This document shows positions 1-9,594 of a stretch of 64,000 bases of DNA, in pieces. The stretch is from positions 2,595 to 66,594 of the forward strand of contig DSEL01000185.1 of the NCBI GenBank assembly GCA_011056645.1. Direction: 5' to 3'. The translations under genes were made by a program, and so were the position numbers. Under the pieces are notes generated by a model. That model did not search any database. It saw only the letters and a list, made by a program, of their open reading frames with translations, and was not told the DNA's origin. Source of the DNA: Candidatus Sediminicultor quartus. GTDB lineage: Bacteria; Atribacterota; Phoenicimicrobiia; Phoenicimicrobiales; Phoenicimicrobiaceae. Numbering within the stretch: the first letter of the stretch is position 1; each line of letters begins with the position of its first letter.

Positions 1-910
1 TAATGAGTTGTATCATTGTAGGATCTATAAATGAAAGGGTTAATCCGCGAAAAAGCACAGTAAAGGTCAACGCACCGAGTATCGTTTTTTGGGGCCCACC
101 GCTTCCACCTGTAAGTGGCGTTCCACCCAGGACTATTGCCACAAGCGGCCAAACCATGGTGTTTAGATTCAGTACAACTGGCACAGAACCTCCTTGATTT
201 TGGAAATAGATTACCGATCCTATACCTGTAAATAGCCCACTTATTGTGAAAGCCAAGATCTTATAGTTATCAACATTTATTCCGGCCAATCGAGCTCCTT
301 CTTCGTTTGACCCAATAGCGTATAGATATATACCTATCTTAGTGTACTTCATAATAAATACCGCTGCAATTATTATGGGAATAGTCCATAGAAAAGCTGT
401 GGGAATGTAAGGTATCCACCTCCTGGTTATAAACTCGTATCCGCGAACCGATCTGGAGATTCCGCCTGAGATGATACCGGTTAATCCACAGTATATTACC
501 AATACACTTAAAGTTAGTATAAAAGAGGGTATTTTCGCCTTGGCTTGTATTACACCAACGATGAACCCTGTCGCTAATCCCAAGAGTGGTATAACGAGAA
601 TTGAGACCATGCCTAATGTTGGCATGAGAACCCAAACCAGGATACCTCCCAGCATCCAAATTCCTACATAAGATAAATCTAAAGAACCGGTCACCACCAC
701 AATTGATGGGCCCAGTGCAAATAACATGAGTGACACAAACTGTCTTAGGATTGTCGATAAATTTAGGGGGGTGAGAAATTTACCTGGGTATAAGCTTGCG
801 AATAACACAACAAGAGCAAATAAAAATAGAGTAACAGGATAAATCTTTATCGTTTGAATTATGACGGATATAATGGAAGGTATCAACTTCTTTTTGTTTG
901 GGATCTTCAC
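1..910 (-). CDS. sugar ABC transporter permease (RbsC/AraH-type), partial; runs off the window start
   Basis: Hand translation of the minus strand from GTG at about 908-910 to position 1 is open with no stop. The product is a hydrophobic multi-TM protein with the ribose-permease signature YAIGSNEEGARLAGINV. It is absent from the ORF track because no stop lies inside the window. It completes the SBP-ATPase-permease order. The listed ORFs 3..197, 339..659 and 471..671 are other frames. Confidence 0.75.
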   Translation of the reverse strand, partial: MKIPNKKKLIPSIISVIIQTIKIYPVTLFLFALVVLFASLYPGKFLTPLNLSTILRQFVSLMLFALGPSIVVVTGSLDLSYVGIWMLGGILVWVLMPTLGMVSILVIPLLGLATGFIVGVIQAKAKIPSFILTLSVLVIYCGLTGIISGGISRSVRGYEFITRRWIPYIPTAFLWTIPIIIAAVFIMKYTKIGIYLYAIGSNEEGARLAGINVDNYKILAFTISGLFTGIGSVIYFQNQGGSVPVVLNLNTMVWPLVAIVLGGTPLTGGSGGPQKTILGALTFTVLFRGLTLSFIDPTMIQLI

Positions 911-2447
911 TTTTCCAGCTCCTCCTTAAATTTTTCACCACTAATCACTTTTTGAATCTTTCCATGCTTTATAAATATTATCTCGTCACATAGTATAGAA
1001 TATTCTTTAGGATCATCACTAATCAGAACCATTGAGATACCTCTCTTCTTTATCTCCAAAGTATTTTCGTAGATATCTTTTCTGGCTCCCACATCTATTC
1101 CGATAGTAGGGTCTTCTAATAAAAGTATATCAGGGCTTCTTTCAAACCATTTACCCACAGAAACTTTCTGTTTGCTACCACCACTTAGAGAGTAACAATC
1201 CGTATTAACCCCTGGAGTCTTTATTTTCAATCCCTGTACTATCTTTTCCGCCATCTTTTTCTCAGCGTTAAAATTTATCACCGGGATGAATTTTCGCAAT
1301 ATTTTTTTAATATTCACTATGGAGATGTTCTTTGTAATAGGCCAGTTGAGGAATAGCTCTTTCCCAGTTTCACCCGAAAAATATCCAATGCCCCTTGATA
1401 GCCTGATGTGAGGAGGTTCTTTAGTTTTAGCTTTTTGTCCCTTTATTGTTAAAGTTCCATTCTCAAAACTTATCAGTCCAGCAATTGTATTTATTATTTC
1501 ACTTTTACCTGATCCCGCTGATCCAAAAATTCCTATACACTCACCCCTGTGAAGTTCAAATGAGATATCATAGTAACATCCATTTTTAGTAAGTTTTTCG
1601 ACTGATAAAACTACTTCCTCGTTTTTTACTCTTTTAATTTCAGGTTTGTCAATATGTGCCAACGATTCTTTTCCGACTATTGCTCGGAAAAAATCTTCTT
1701 CCGTTATTCTATCCTTGGACAAGTTATAATGAGCAACCATCTTGCCATCTCGCAACACGTGTACTTTATCCGTGAATTCCATTACTTCAGGTATAATGTG
1801 AGACACAAAGACAAAAGAAGCATTTTTCTTCATGTTTAATATATCGTTGAATAATTCTTTACGTTCTTCGATGGTTAACGGTGCGGTTGGTTCATCAAGT
1901 ATGATGACTGAGGTAATATTGTTATCTTCATGTTCCAATCTTACATTTAAAATTGCTTTGGCTATTTCAATCATCTTCTGGGTGGAAAGTGGAAGTTCAT
2001 ACATAAAATTTTCAATATTGCATTTTACATGAAACTCCTCCAATATCTCCCTAGCATACTTTTTTATTTGGCCTATATCTAATCTAGAGTATTTTATGTA
2101 CTTATCCTCATGCCCCAGAAAGAGGAATTGATATACCTTTAAACAGGGTATAACTCCTTTTTCCTGGTAAACTATTGAGATACCTCTTTTTGCTGCCTCT
2201 TTTGGATTTTTGGGGAATGGTACTTTTTTCCCCTTATAGTACCATTCCCCATTATCTGGAGGATAAACGCCAACCAGAATCTTCATGAGCGTAGATTTTC
2301 CGGCACCGTTTCCCCTACCACGCCTATTATTTCATTTTTACCAATCGCTATGCTAACGTTATCCAGGGCATGCACAACTCCATTAAAGGTTTTAGACACA
2401 TCCTTTATTTCGAGTATTATATCATCTCTTGGCATCACCATACTAAT
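907..2447 (-). pseudogene. ribose/sugar ABC transporter ATP-binding protein (two nucleotide-binding domains) with a -1 frameshift inside the first Walker A motif
   Basis: ORF 907..2286 begins MKILVGVY..., which is mid-domain. Upstream, ATG at 2435 gives MPRDDIILEIKDVSKTFNGVVHALDNVSIAIGKNEIIGVVGE, then the frame breaks at GAAAC (plus-strand TTT run 2309-2311) where GENGAGKSTLMKIL needs GAAAAC. Restoring one A joins both parts into a canonical 2-NBD ATPase. Confidence 0.75.
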
Positions 2448-2511
2448 CCATCCTTTCTAACGTTAACCATCCATACAAATTACAGAAAAAGTAAATATAA
2501 CGATATGGTCT

Positions 2512-3906
2512 TTATTCCCAGTTAGGCTCTAATTTTAGTTCTGGTGGGAACTGTTTTGCATATGCTTCTGCCTCAGCCCAGGTATCTGCCCAGCTGGTAT
2601 CGAGGAAATATTTAAATAGAACAGTAACGTGCTTCCTAAGTGCATCAATGCTTCCAAACTTCTTGGTCATAGCTGGGAAGTAGTAATCATTCTGACCTAA
2701 CGTAAGATCCCCACCTGCGTGCTTGTCAAAGGTTAAGCCGAGCTCTTTACATTTTGATATGGAGGCTAGTCTAAAATCAAATGGATACTCTGGCGGTGTT
2801 GCCTTCATTTGCTTTAATATCTTATTCATATTTTCCTCTGTTGGACCTATCTTGAAGCTTGGATTATTGATTACACCAGAATCTTTGGCTAACTGCTCGA
2901 TTTCTCCTGGATAACCATAACAATCTATCCTGCCTGCTTGAATCATCTCATCAGGAAGCGGATACCATGCCCCAACACACATGTCGTATGCCATTGGAAC
3001 CATCCTTCCTCCAAAGTAGGGTACGGCAAATCCAGCGCTAACAATAAAGTTTTTATCGAGTATTGCCTGAGCTGTGGTTAATTCCATGTCTCTGGAAGCC
3101 GTATATGGACCTATCATTAAACCGCGGTCTTCAAGTGCTCTCAAGCCACCCATGGTCTGTGAGTCATTAGCTCCCCAGAAACCTTCATAATCCGTGCGCA
3201 TCGCCAGTGATGCCTCAGCAGCTTTTCGTCCTCCTTCGTAGTTCCATTCACCATATTGGTGCCCCAGTAATTGCATCTCCGGATATTCTTTCCAAGCTTG
3301 GAAGACTCCCAGGTTTATATAAACTGTGGAGACAGTAGCGGCTACCTTACTCGCTTGATGTATCAGCACTTTTGTTTTTCCATTCTGCTTCATCTTCTCA
3401 AACAGAAGCATTAATGGAAGATAAGTCTGTTCGTCTGATAGAGGAGTATTGTCTACAACCCATCTTGGTCCTAAGTCTCCTGGAAACATTTCCCCTGTAT
3501 ATCCGAAGTGTGTTAGCAAGAAAACGTTATTTTCATTACAAATTCTCGCCAGTTCAGGCATGACAGCTACAGATGGGCAATTTAAAATAATTGCCTTTGC
3601 ACCAGCGGCGATCATACTCTCGGTTGTGGTAATCCACTCTTCATCGCTACTAGCTAATGCACCAACAAACTCCAGACCAAGCTGCTTACAGGCCTGCTCA
3701 TCAGCCTGATAGACCATCATCGCATATTCTTGTGACAGATGAAAAGTTATATGGCCTATTAGGAACTTCTCTCCAGGCTCAGCATTCTTGTACTTCTGTG
3801 CTAGTTCATTCCTCTCTTTTTCCTGAGCTATTACTTCTGTAAAACCTGTTAGGACAAACATTGCAACCATAGATATAATAAGCAACCATAAAAGTACTTT
3901 TTTCAT
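2512..3906 (-). CDS. periplasmic sugar-binding protein (type I PBP, RbsB-like with a C-terminal extension)
   Basis: N-terminal signal peptide MKKVLLWLLIISMVAMFVL; PBP-like sequence; SD AAAGGAGGAT upstream; first gene of the SBP-ATPase-permease set. Confidence 0.75.
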   Translation of the reverse strand: MKKVLLWLLIISMVAMFVLTGFTEVIAQEKERNELAQKYKNAEPGEKFLIGHITFHLSQEYAMMVYQADEQACKQLGLEFVGALASSDEEWITTTESMIAAGAKAIILNCPSVAVMPELARICNENNVFLLTHFGYTGEMFPGDLGPRWVVDNTPLSDEQTYLPLMLLFEKMKQNGKTKVLIHQASKVAATVSTVYINLGVFQAWKEYPEMQLLGHQYGEWNYEGGRKAAEASLAMRTDYEGFWGANDSQTMGGLRALEDRGLMIGPYTASRDMELTTAQAILDKNFIVSAGFAVPYFGGRMVPMAYDMCVGAWYPLPDEMIQAGRIDCYGYPGEIEQLAKDSGVINNPSFKIGPTEENMNKILKQMKATPPEYPFDFRLASISKCKELGLTFDKHAGGDLTLGQNDYYFPAMTKKFGSIDALRKHVTVLFKYFLDTSWADTWAEAEAYAKQFPPELKLEPNWE

Positions 3907-4120
3907 TATCTTAATCCTCCTTTAATTAAATATATTTATTATTGAAAGAAATAATGAAATAACTTATTCACCTCCCTCCCGGTAAGATTTTTATCCATCC
4001 CATCTCGTTGAGAAGCTTCCAAGTTTCTGCCTCCGAATGTTTACAATCGATCTATCCGAAGCGGTCGCTCATCTCCTGTCTGCTAACACATATTACGCCT
4101 TTGTCGAGAACCGTGTTTCA

Positions 4121-4870
4121 CTACACCATTGAGTACCCACCATCCACGATTAGGGTCTGTCCGGTACAATATTTGGAGTCATCGGAAGCGAAATATAGAA
4201 CAGCACCGAGAAGCTCATCAGTCCTGCCGAGCCGTCCCATAGGAATACTCTGGGTTACCTGTTTTGTCCAATTAGGATCTGCCATCGCCAGTTTTGCCAT
4301 TCCAGTATCCGTAGTACCTGGAAGGATCGCATTCACTTGTACGTTCCACTTGCACAATTCCAGGGCAAAGACCCTGGTAATAGGTAGTATGGCTCCTTTG
4401 CATGAACTGTATGCACATAGTCCAGCCTGGGCACCAATTGCCGCGATAGAAGAAATATTAATGATTTTCCCGCTTTTCTGTTTTTTCATCACTTTAGCGG
4501 CCGCTTGACAGCAAAAGAAAAGTCCCTTTACATTCACCGCAAACATTTTATCCCACATTTCCTCAGTGGTATCTTCCACTGGTGCGGTAAATAAAATACC
4601 CGCGTTGTTCACTATGATGTCTAAACAGCCAAATTCTTTGATTGCTTTCTGAACCATTACCTCGGTATCTGTTTTTCTGCTCACGTCCGTCTTAACAAAC
4701 AGAGCCTTTCCTCCCGAGTTCCTTATTTGCTCCTCGACTTTATGTCCCGAAATTTCATCCACATCCGCGATAACAACGTTTGCTCCTTCCCGAGCCATCC
4801 CGATTGAGTAGGCTTCCCCAAGACCCTGTGCTCCACCAGTTACAATTGCTACCTTATTTTCCAATCTCAC
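4121..4870 (-). CDS. SDR family oxidoreductase
   Basis: VAIVTGGAQGLGEAY Rossmann motif, NNAG, and a YxxxK catalytic region; GTG start with a G-rich SD. Confidence 0.85.
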   Translation of the reverse strand: MRLENKVAIVTGGAQGLGEAYSIGMAREGANVVIADVDEISGHKVEEQIRNSGGKALFVKTDVSRKTDTEVMVQKAIKEFGCLDIIVNNAGILFTAPVEDTTEEMWDKMFAVNVKGLFFCCQAAAKVMKKQKSGKIINISSIAAIGAQAGLCAYSSCKGAILPITRVFALELCKWNVQVNAILPGTTDTGMAKLAMADPNWTKQVTQSIPMGRLGRTDELLGAVLYFASDDSKYCTGQTLIVDGGYSMV

Positions 4871-5149
4871 GGTAATTCCCCCCTTTTTTTCTTATAATCT
4901 TCTTAATGTGTACTATTTAACAATATATCTTAATTTTTTAACATAATACTATATTTATTACTTCTTTGTCAAATATCATTTGCTCTAAATTCCGTAGTAT
5001 TTAGTGTCAAGAACTTGTGGTGATTTTTCTTATCTTAATCTACCAGGTCCTCGCTGAGCAATCTCTTTAGGCTACCAGTTGTCCTATTCATTGTTTACCA
5101 TCTTCTGTCCTACTTTGCTCAAGCTGAGAACTCCTTTTTTTACTCCATT

Positions 5150-6106
5150 TCATCCCTTTTTTTGAACTCTATTTTTAGGTTTCCTCCCCTCTAAAACATC
5201 AATTAAATTTTGGGCAGCTTGCATGCCCATTTTTTCTATAGCTTCTTCTGTATAGGCAGCAATATGGGGAGTCATTATTACATTATCTAATTCCTTTAAG
5301 GGAGATTCCTCTGGTGGTTCTTTACTATAGACATCTAAAGCTGCTCCTTTAAATTGATTATGCTTCAGAGCTTTATAAAGGGCCTGCTCATCTACTATTC
5401 CACCACGTGAAGTGTTAATTAAAAATGCTTCTTTTTTAACTTTTTCCAGTTCTTTATAACTAATCATGCAACGTGTAGCATTGTTTAATGGAATATGTAT
5501 AGTGATATAATCTGACTTTTGAAGAAGCTTTTCTAAATTAACATACTTAATACCATGCCTTGAAGCAAATTTTTTATCCTTGATTAGATCGAAAACTAAA
5601 ATATTCATTTCAAAACCTTGAGCTCGCTTAACAACTTGTTTGCCTATTTTCCCAAGGCCGATAATTCCAATTGTTTTCTTCCAGACTGACTTTCCAATAA
5701 TTTTTTCCCATTTATCACTTTTCATTTTTTTATCTGCTTCCGGAATTCTTCGAGCTAAACTCAATATTAATCCAAAAGTTAAATCTGCGACAGCATCAAC
5801 ATTAGCCGTGGGAGTATTGGTTACTGTAATGTTCTTTTCTGTCGCTAAATTTATATCAATATTGTCCAAGCCTGTGCCATACTTGGAAATTACTTTTAAT
5901 TTATTTGCTTTTTCAATTATTTCGGTACTTAGTTCATCTATTCCAATGATAATCCCATCTATATCGCTTACAAGATTTAGCATTTCCTCTTTTTTATAAG
6001 GTCTGCTAGTATTATTTCTTTTTATTTCATAACCTTTCTCTGTAAGCATTTTTAAAGGCTTATCTGAGAACGAAGCAAAAGAGCGGGGAGTGATTAATAT
6101 TTTCAT
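5150..6106 (-). CDS. D-isomer-specific 2-hydroxyacid dehydrogenase (glycerate/phosphoglycerate dehydrogenase family)
   Basis: GIIGLGKIGKQVVKRA NAD-binding motif and catalytic His region (MTPHIAAYTEEA). Start moved to ATG 6106 (MKILITPRSF) with GGAGG 9 nt upstream; the upstream 18 codons of the listed ORF are probably not translated. Confidence 0.85.
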   Translation of the reverse strand: MKILITPRSFASFSDKPLKMLTEKGYEIKRNNTSRPYKKEEMLNLVSDIDGIIIGIDELSTEIIEKANKLKVISKYGTGLDNIDINLATEKNITVTNTPTANVDAVADLTFGLILSLARRIPEADKKMKSDKWEKIIGKSVWKKTIGIIGLGKIGKQVVKRAQGFEMNILVFDLIKDKKFASRHGIKYVNLEKLLQKSDYITIHIPLNNATRCMISYKELEKVKKEAFLINTSRGGIVDEQALYKALKHNQFKGAALDVYSKEPPEESPLKELDNVIMTPHIAAYTEEAIEKMGMQAAQNLIDVLEGRKPKNRVQKKG

Positions 6107-6196
6107 ATATACAAACCTCCTTTTTCCTAAATCCCAAATAAACTGATAACAAAATACCATTAAATAAAAGTTATAATACTCATTAATCCTAATAGA

Positions 6197-6460
6197 CTAT
6201 CCGCCTGAAATCATAGGCAAAATTATTATTTCATCGCCATCATTAAGAATGGTATTCTCTTTCTTTAGTTGATTAATTGACCTATTATTGACCATAACAA
6301 TTCCTGTAGACACTACATTTTTATATTCTATCTGATATTTATTATTAAGTACTTTAAATACATCCTTAACATTTACTTTATCGTTCTTAAAGAATAGTTC
6401 TTCTTTGGAATGTCCACTAATCTTTTTAAAATCCAGAAAATATTTTACGGTAATCTTCAA
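6197..6460 (-). CDS. MoaD/ThiS-family small sulfur-carrier-like protein
   Basis: 87 aa, ends in the diglycine ...PMISGG. TTG start with AAGGTGAG SD. Lies immediately downstream of the AOR gene. Confidence 0.6.
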   Translation of the reverse strand: MKITVKYFLDFKKISGHSKEELFFKNDKVNVKDVFKVLNNKYQIEYKNVVSTGIVMVNNRSINQLKKENTILNDGDEIIILPMISGG

Positions 6461-6479
6461 AACAACTCACCTTTCAAGC

Positions 6480-8297
6480 TTAAATATTATCAAGGTTTAA
6501 TTCATGTAATCTTTCTTTCGTTGGTCTACCATCCATGTCCCAGCCTCGGACTTCATAATACTCATCAAGCATGGTATTATAAATCTTATCACTAACCACA
6601 TGCCCTTTTGCTTGACCTTCTGGCATTTTCTCTGTTCTTAGTCGTTCCGGAATCATATCATCTTTCCTAAATCTACCTTCCCTGTTGATAATTAATCTTT
6701 CTAAATTATATACTCTTTCGCCAATAGTCATAAGTTCCGGAGTAAAATCATAACCGGTTAAATATTCTAAAGCCTTGCCTTGAGGTTTATTAGTAAAACC
6801 ATATCCGCTTCTAACTACAGTACAAATACCCAGTGAATCGATATAACCTCGGGTATCCTGAATAGATTTTATCAACTGACCCTTTCCCTCAACAGCAAAA
6901 CGATCATATTCACCTGATATAAGTTCTTCGCGAATGCTCCAACCCCCAACATTATGACAAGCACCGCGGCTTGAAGTTCCATAAGTCAATGCATTACCAT
7001 AAAAACCTCTTGGATCATAAGCTGCTAAAGGTAATCCTTTAACCTGCATTAGATATTTTTGCATTTTCGGCATTTTCTCCGCAATGCCTAACATACCTTC
7101 TGCAAGCAAATCTCCTAAATCTTCTCTTTTTGCTATTTTCTCAATCATATTTACCATTGCCACCCCATTGCCAAACTTAAGCTCAAGACCACCAGTATCT
7201 TTCTTGGTAATATACCCTCTTTCAAATAACTCCATTGCAAAACCAATAATCACACCTACTGACATAGTATCTATGCCCAGCTCGTCGCAAATTTCATTGG
7301 CCTTAATAATAGCGGCAAAATCACTCACCCCACAAACGGCTCCTAAAGTACCTATAGATTCATATTCCGGATCTGATTTTGCTCCTTTAAAAATACCTTC
7401 TTTAACTTCACATAACTGTGAACAGGCTACCGGGCAATGAAAACAGGCTTGGTTTTTTATAAAGTAGTGTTCTTTCATATATTCTGCTGTTATCGTGTTA
7501 ATCCCATCAAATACTCCGGTTTGGAAATTGCGGGTCGGGTAACAACCAAGTTCATTCATAATAGCAGTATATTGAGGAGTGCCATATTCAGTATGACTCG
7601 CTTTGGTTTTACGTGCGTAAGCAGTAGCTTCTTTGGACACTTCTTGAAATTTATTCGGTTCACTTACTGCTATTTCACCGGTTCCTTTTATCGCGATAGC
7701 TTTTAAATTTTTTGAAGCCATAACCGCTCCGGCGCCACCTCGCCCCATACTTCTTTCACCAATCTGAATACAAGATAATCTAACCCTATTCTCAGCTGCC
7801 GGGCCACAGGAAAGAACCTGATCTTCTCTTCCTGCCTTTTCTTTCAGTATTTTATTAACTTCTTTAGTGGTTTTTCCCCAAAGATTTCCCCCTTTTTCAA
7901 TTTTAATTTGATTATCTTCGATTAAAATATAAACGGGTTTATTCGCTTTTCCCTCAATAATAAGTCCATCATACCCACTTTTCTTCAGATGCGGGCCAAA
8001 AAATCCTCCCCCATTGGAACATAAATATTGCCGGGTTTCAGGAGATTTAGTTGCCACTCCTATTTTGGTAGTCGCCGGTCCTGATGTACCGGTCAATGGT
8101 CCGGTAAATAAAATTAATTTATTATCAGATGAAAATGGCTCAATATGATTAGCTATTTCATCATAATAAAATCTTGCTGCCAAACCGCGTCCACCTAAAA
8201 ACTTTCTCTGCCATTCAGGATTAATATTTTCCTCTTTTATTGTTTTATTGGTTAGATTTATTCTTAAGTACTTTCCCTGATAACCTCCAGAAAACAT
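6480..8297 (-). CDS. aor: tungsten-containing aldehyde:ferredoxin oxidoreductase (AOR family)
   Basis: 605 aa; AOR N-terminal signature YLRINLT...GGRGL and Cys ligands for the [4Fe-4S] cluster; GGAGG SD before ATG 8297. Confidence 0.85.
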   Translation of the reverse strand: MFSGGYQGKYLRINLTNKTIKEENINPEWQRKFLGGRGLAARFYYDEIANHIEPFSSDNKLILFTGPLTGTSGPATTKIGVATKSPETRQYLCSNGGGFFGPHLKKSGYDGLIIEGKANKPVYILIEDNQIKIEKGGNLWGKTTKEVNKILKEKAGREDQVLSCGPAAENRVRLSCIQIGERSMGRGGAGAVMASKNLKAIAIKGTGEIAVSEPNKFQEVSKEATAYARKTKASHTEYGTPQYTAIMNELGCYPTRNFQTGVFDGINTITAEYMKEHYFIKNQACFHCPVACSQLCEVKEGIFKGAKSDPEYESIGTLGAVCGVSDFAAIIKANEICDELGIDTMSVGVIIGFAMELFERGYITKKDTGGLELKFGNGVAMVNMIEKIAKREDLGDLLAEGMLGIAEKMPKMQKYLMQVKGLPLAAYDPRGFYGNALTYGTSSRGACHNVGGWSIREELISGEYDRFAVEGKGQLIKSIQDTRGYIDSLGICTVVRSGYGFTNKPQGKALEYLTGYDFTPELMTIGERVYNLERLIINREGRFRKDDMIPERLRTEKMPEGQAKGHVVSDKIYNTMLDEYYEVRGWDMDGRPTKERLHELNLDNI

Positions 8298-8472
8298 CCA
8301 ACTAACCTCCTCTGCCTCAAGTAATAAGATATTTATTTACTATATATTTCACTTTTTCTTCTATTCGTCTTTCCCTTTCAAATTTTCAAAATTCTTCTAT
8401 CCCTAATGACCAATCAATTATTATCATTTCTACACTTTGTACCTTGTAAAAATCATAATAAATATTTAACTT

Positions 8473-9558
8473 TTAGACAGCAAATCGCCTCCTTCGCCAC
8501 TGATCAAAAACAACAACACCAATAATGATTAAACCCAGAATAACTCGCTGCCAGAAAGCAGAGACATTGAGTAAGTTTAAACCGTTACCCAGTATGCCCA
8601 TTGTAAATGCGCCAATAAGTGAACCGATAACACCACCTTCACCACCAAAGAGATTTGTTCCGCCAATGACTACAGCAGCAATACTCTGCAATTCCGCTCC
8701 TTCTGCCATTAAAGCATTGGCTGAATTTAGACGGCCGGTTAGGACAATGCCTGCAACTCCAGCAAGTAGTCCCATAATGGTATAAGTGATGATTTTGGTA
8801 CGCACAAAGCTTATGCCTGAAATTCTAGCAGCTTCCCGGTTGCCTCCTACAGCATAAATAGCCCTGCCTAACGTAGTACGAGTCATAATCATCCAACCCA
8901 GAATAGTTATAACTACAGTAATTAGTGCTGGAACTGGTACACCTAAAATGTCACCGCTACCCAGCCAGATTAATCCTGCGGGTAAATATCCTACAAGTTT
9001 AAGGGCAGTGAAGTGAGAGGGAACCGGCAGGCCTTGTGTTAAAATCAGCGCTAAACCTCTTGCTGTAGTCATCATGGCTAGCGAAGCAACAAAATCAGGT
9101 ATCCTTCCTTTGGTAATGACGACACCAGTTATAAATCCCGTTAGTGCTCCAGTCCCCAGACCCAAAATTATACCAACTGCCATATTGAGTCCCCAGTACG
9201 ACACTGCTACCGCAGACATTGAAGCTGAGAGAGCAAGGACAGCACCAACAGATAAATCTATACCAGCACCGATAATAACCATTGTCTGACCTATAGCAAG
9301 GATGGCATTGATGGAAGATTGTCTTGTAATATTTAAAAAATTACTCATAGCAAAAAAATGTGGTGTAGCAAAAGCAAGGTATATAATCAGGAAAAGCATT
9401 GCTACAATTGGACCCCCTTTTAGCAAAATTTTCCTGATTACTTCACCCCCCATAGAGATCCACTGATTCTTTAAAGATACTGCCGAAGGCGCTCTTGAGG
9501 GTAACGAGCTTTTGGTATTATTTTTAAATGTAGATATTTTTTTTCTTTGTTCCCTCAT
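8473..9558 (-). CDS. sugar ABC transporter permease (RbsC-type)
   Basis: Multi-TM hydrophobic protein with ribose-permease motifs (GIDLSVG, ...GGNREAARISGI...); GAGGA SD. Confidence 0.8.
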   Translation of the reverse strand: MREQRKKISTFKNNTKSSLPSRAPSAVSLKNQWISMGGEVIRKILLKGGPIVAMLFLIIYLAFATPHFFAMSNFLNITRQSSINAILAIGQTMVIIGAGIDLSVGAVLALSASMSAVAVSYWGLNMAVGIILGLGTGALTGFITGVVITKGRIPDFVASLAMMTTARGLALILTQGLPVPSHFTALKLVGYLPAGLIWLGSGDILGVPVPALITVVITILGWMIMTRTTLGRAIYAVGGNREAARISGISFVRTKIITYTIMGLLAGVAGIVLTGRLNSANALMAEGAELQSIAAVVIGGTNLFGGEGGVIGSLIGAFTMGILGNGLNLLNVSAFWQRVILGLIIIGVVVFDQWRRRRFAV

Positions 9559-9594
9559 AATTTTTCCTCACTTTTTTCCTAACTTTTTTATATC

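Noticed and set aside
3-671. ORFs 3..197(+), 339..659(-) and 471..671(+) at the window start.
   Set aside because: They are superseded by a long open minus-strand frame encoding a ribose-type ABC permease with the YAIGSNEEGARLAGINV signature. The listed ORFs are other frames of the same DNA.
4008-4508. Plus-strand 166-aa ORF.
   Set aside because: It lies antisense and fully overlapping the well-supported SDR gene 4121-4870, and has no SD or domain signature. Likely a shadow ORF.
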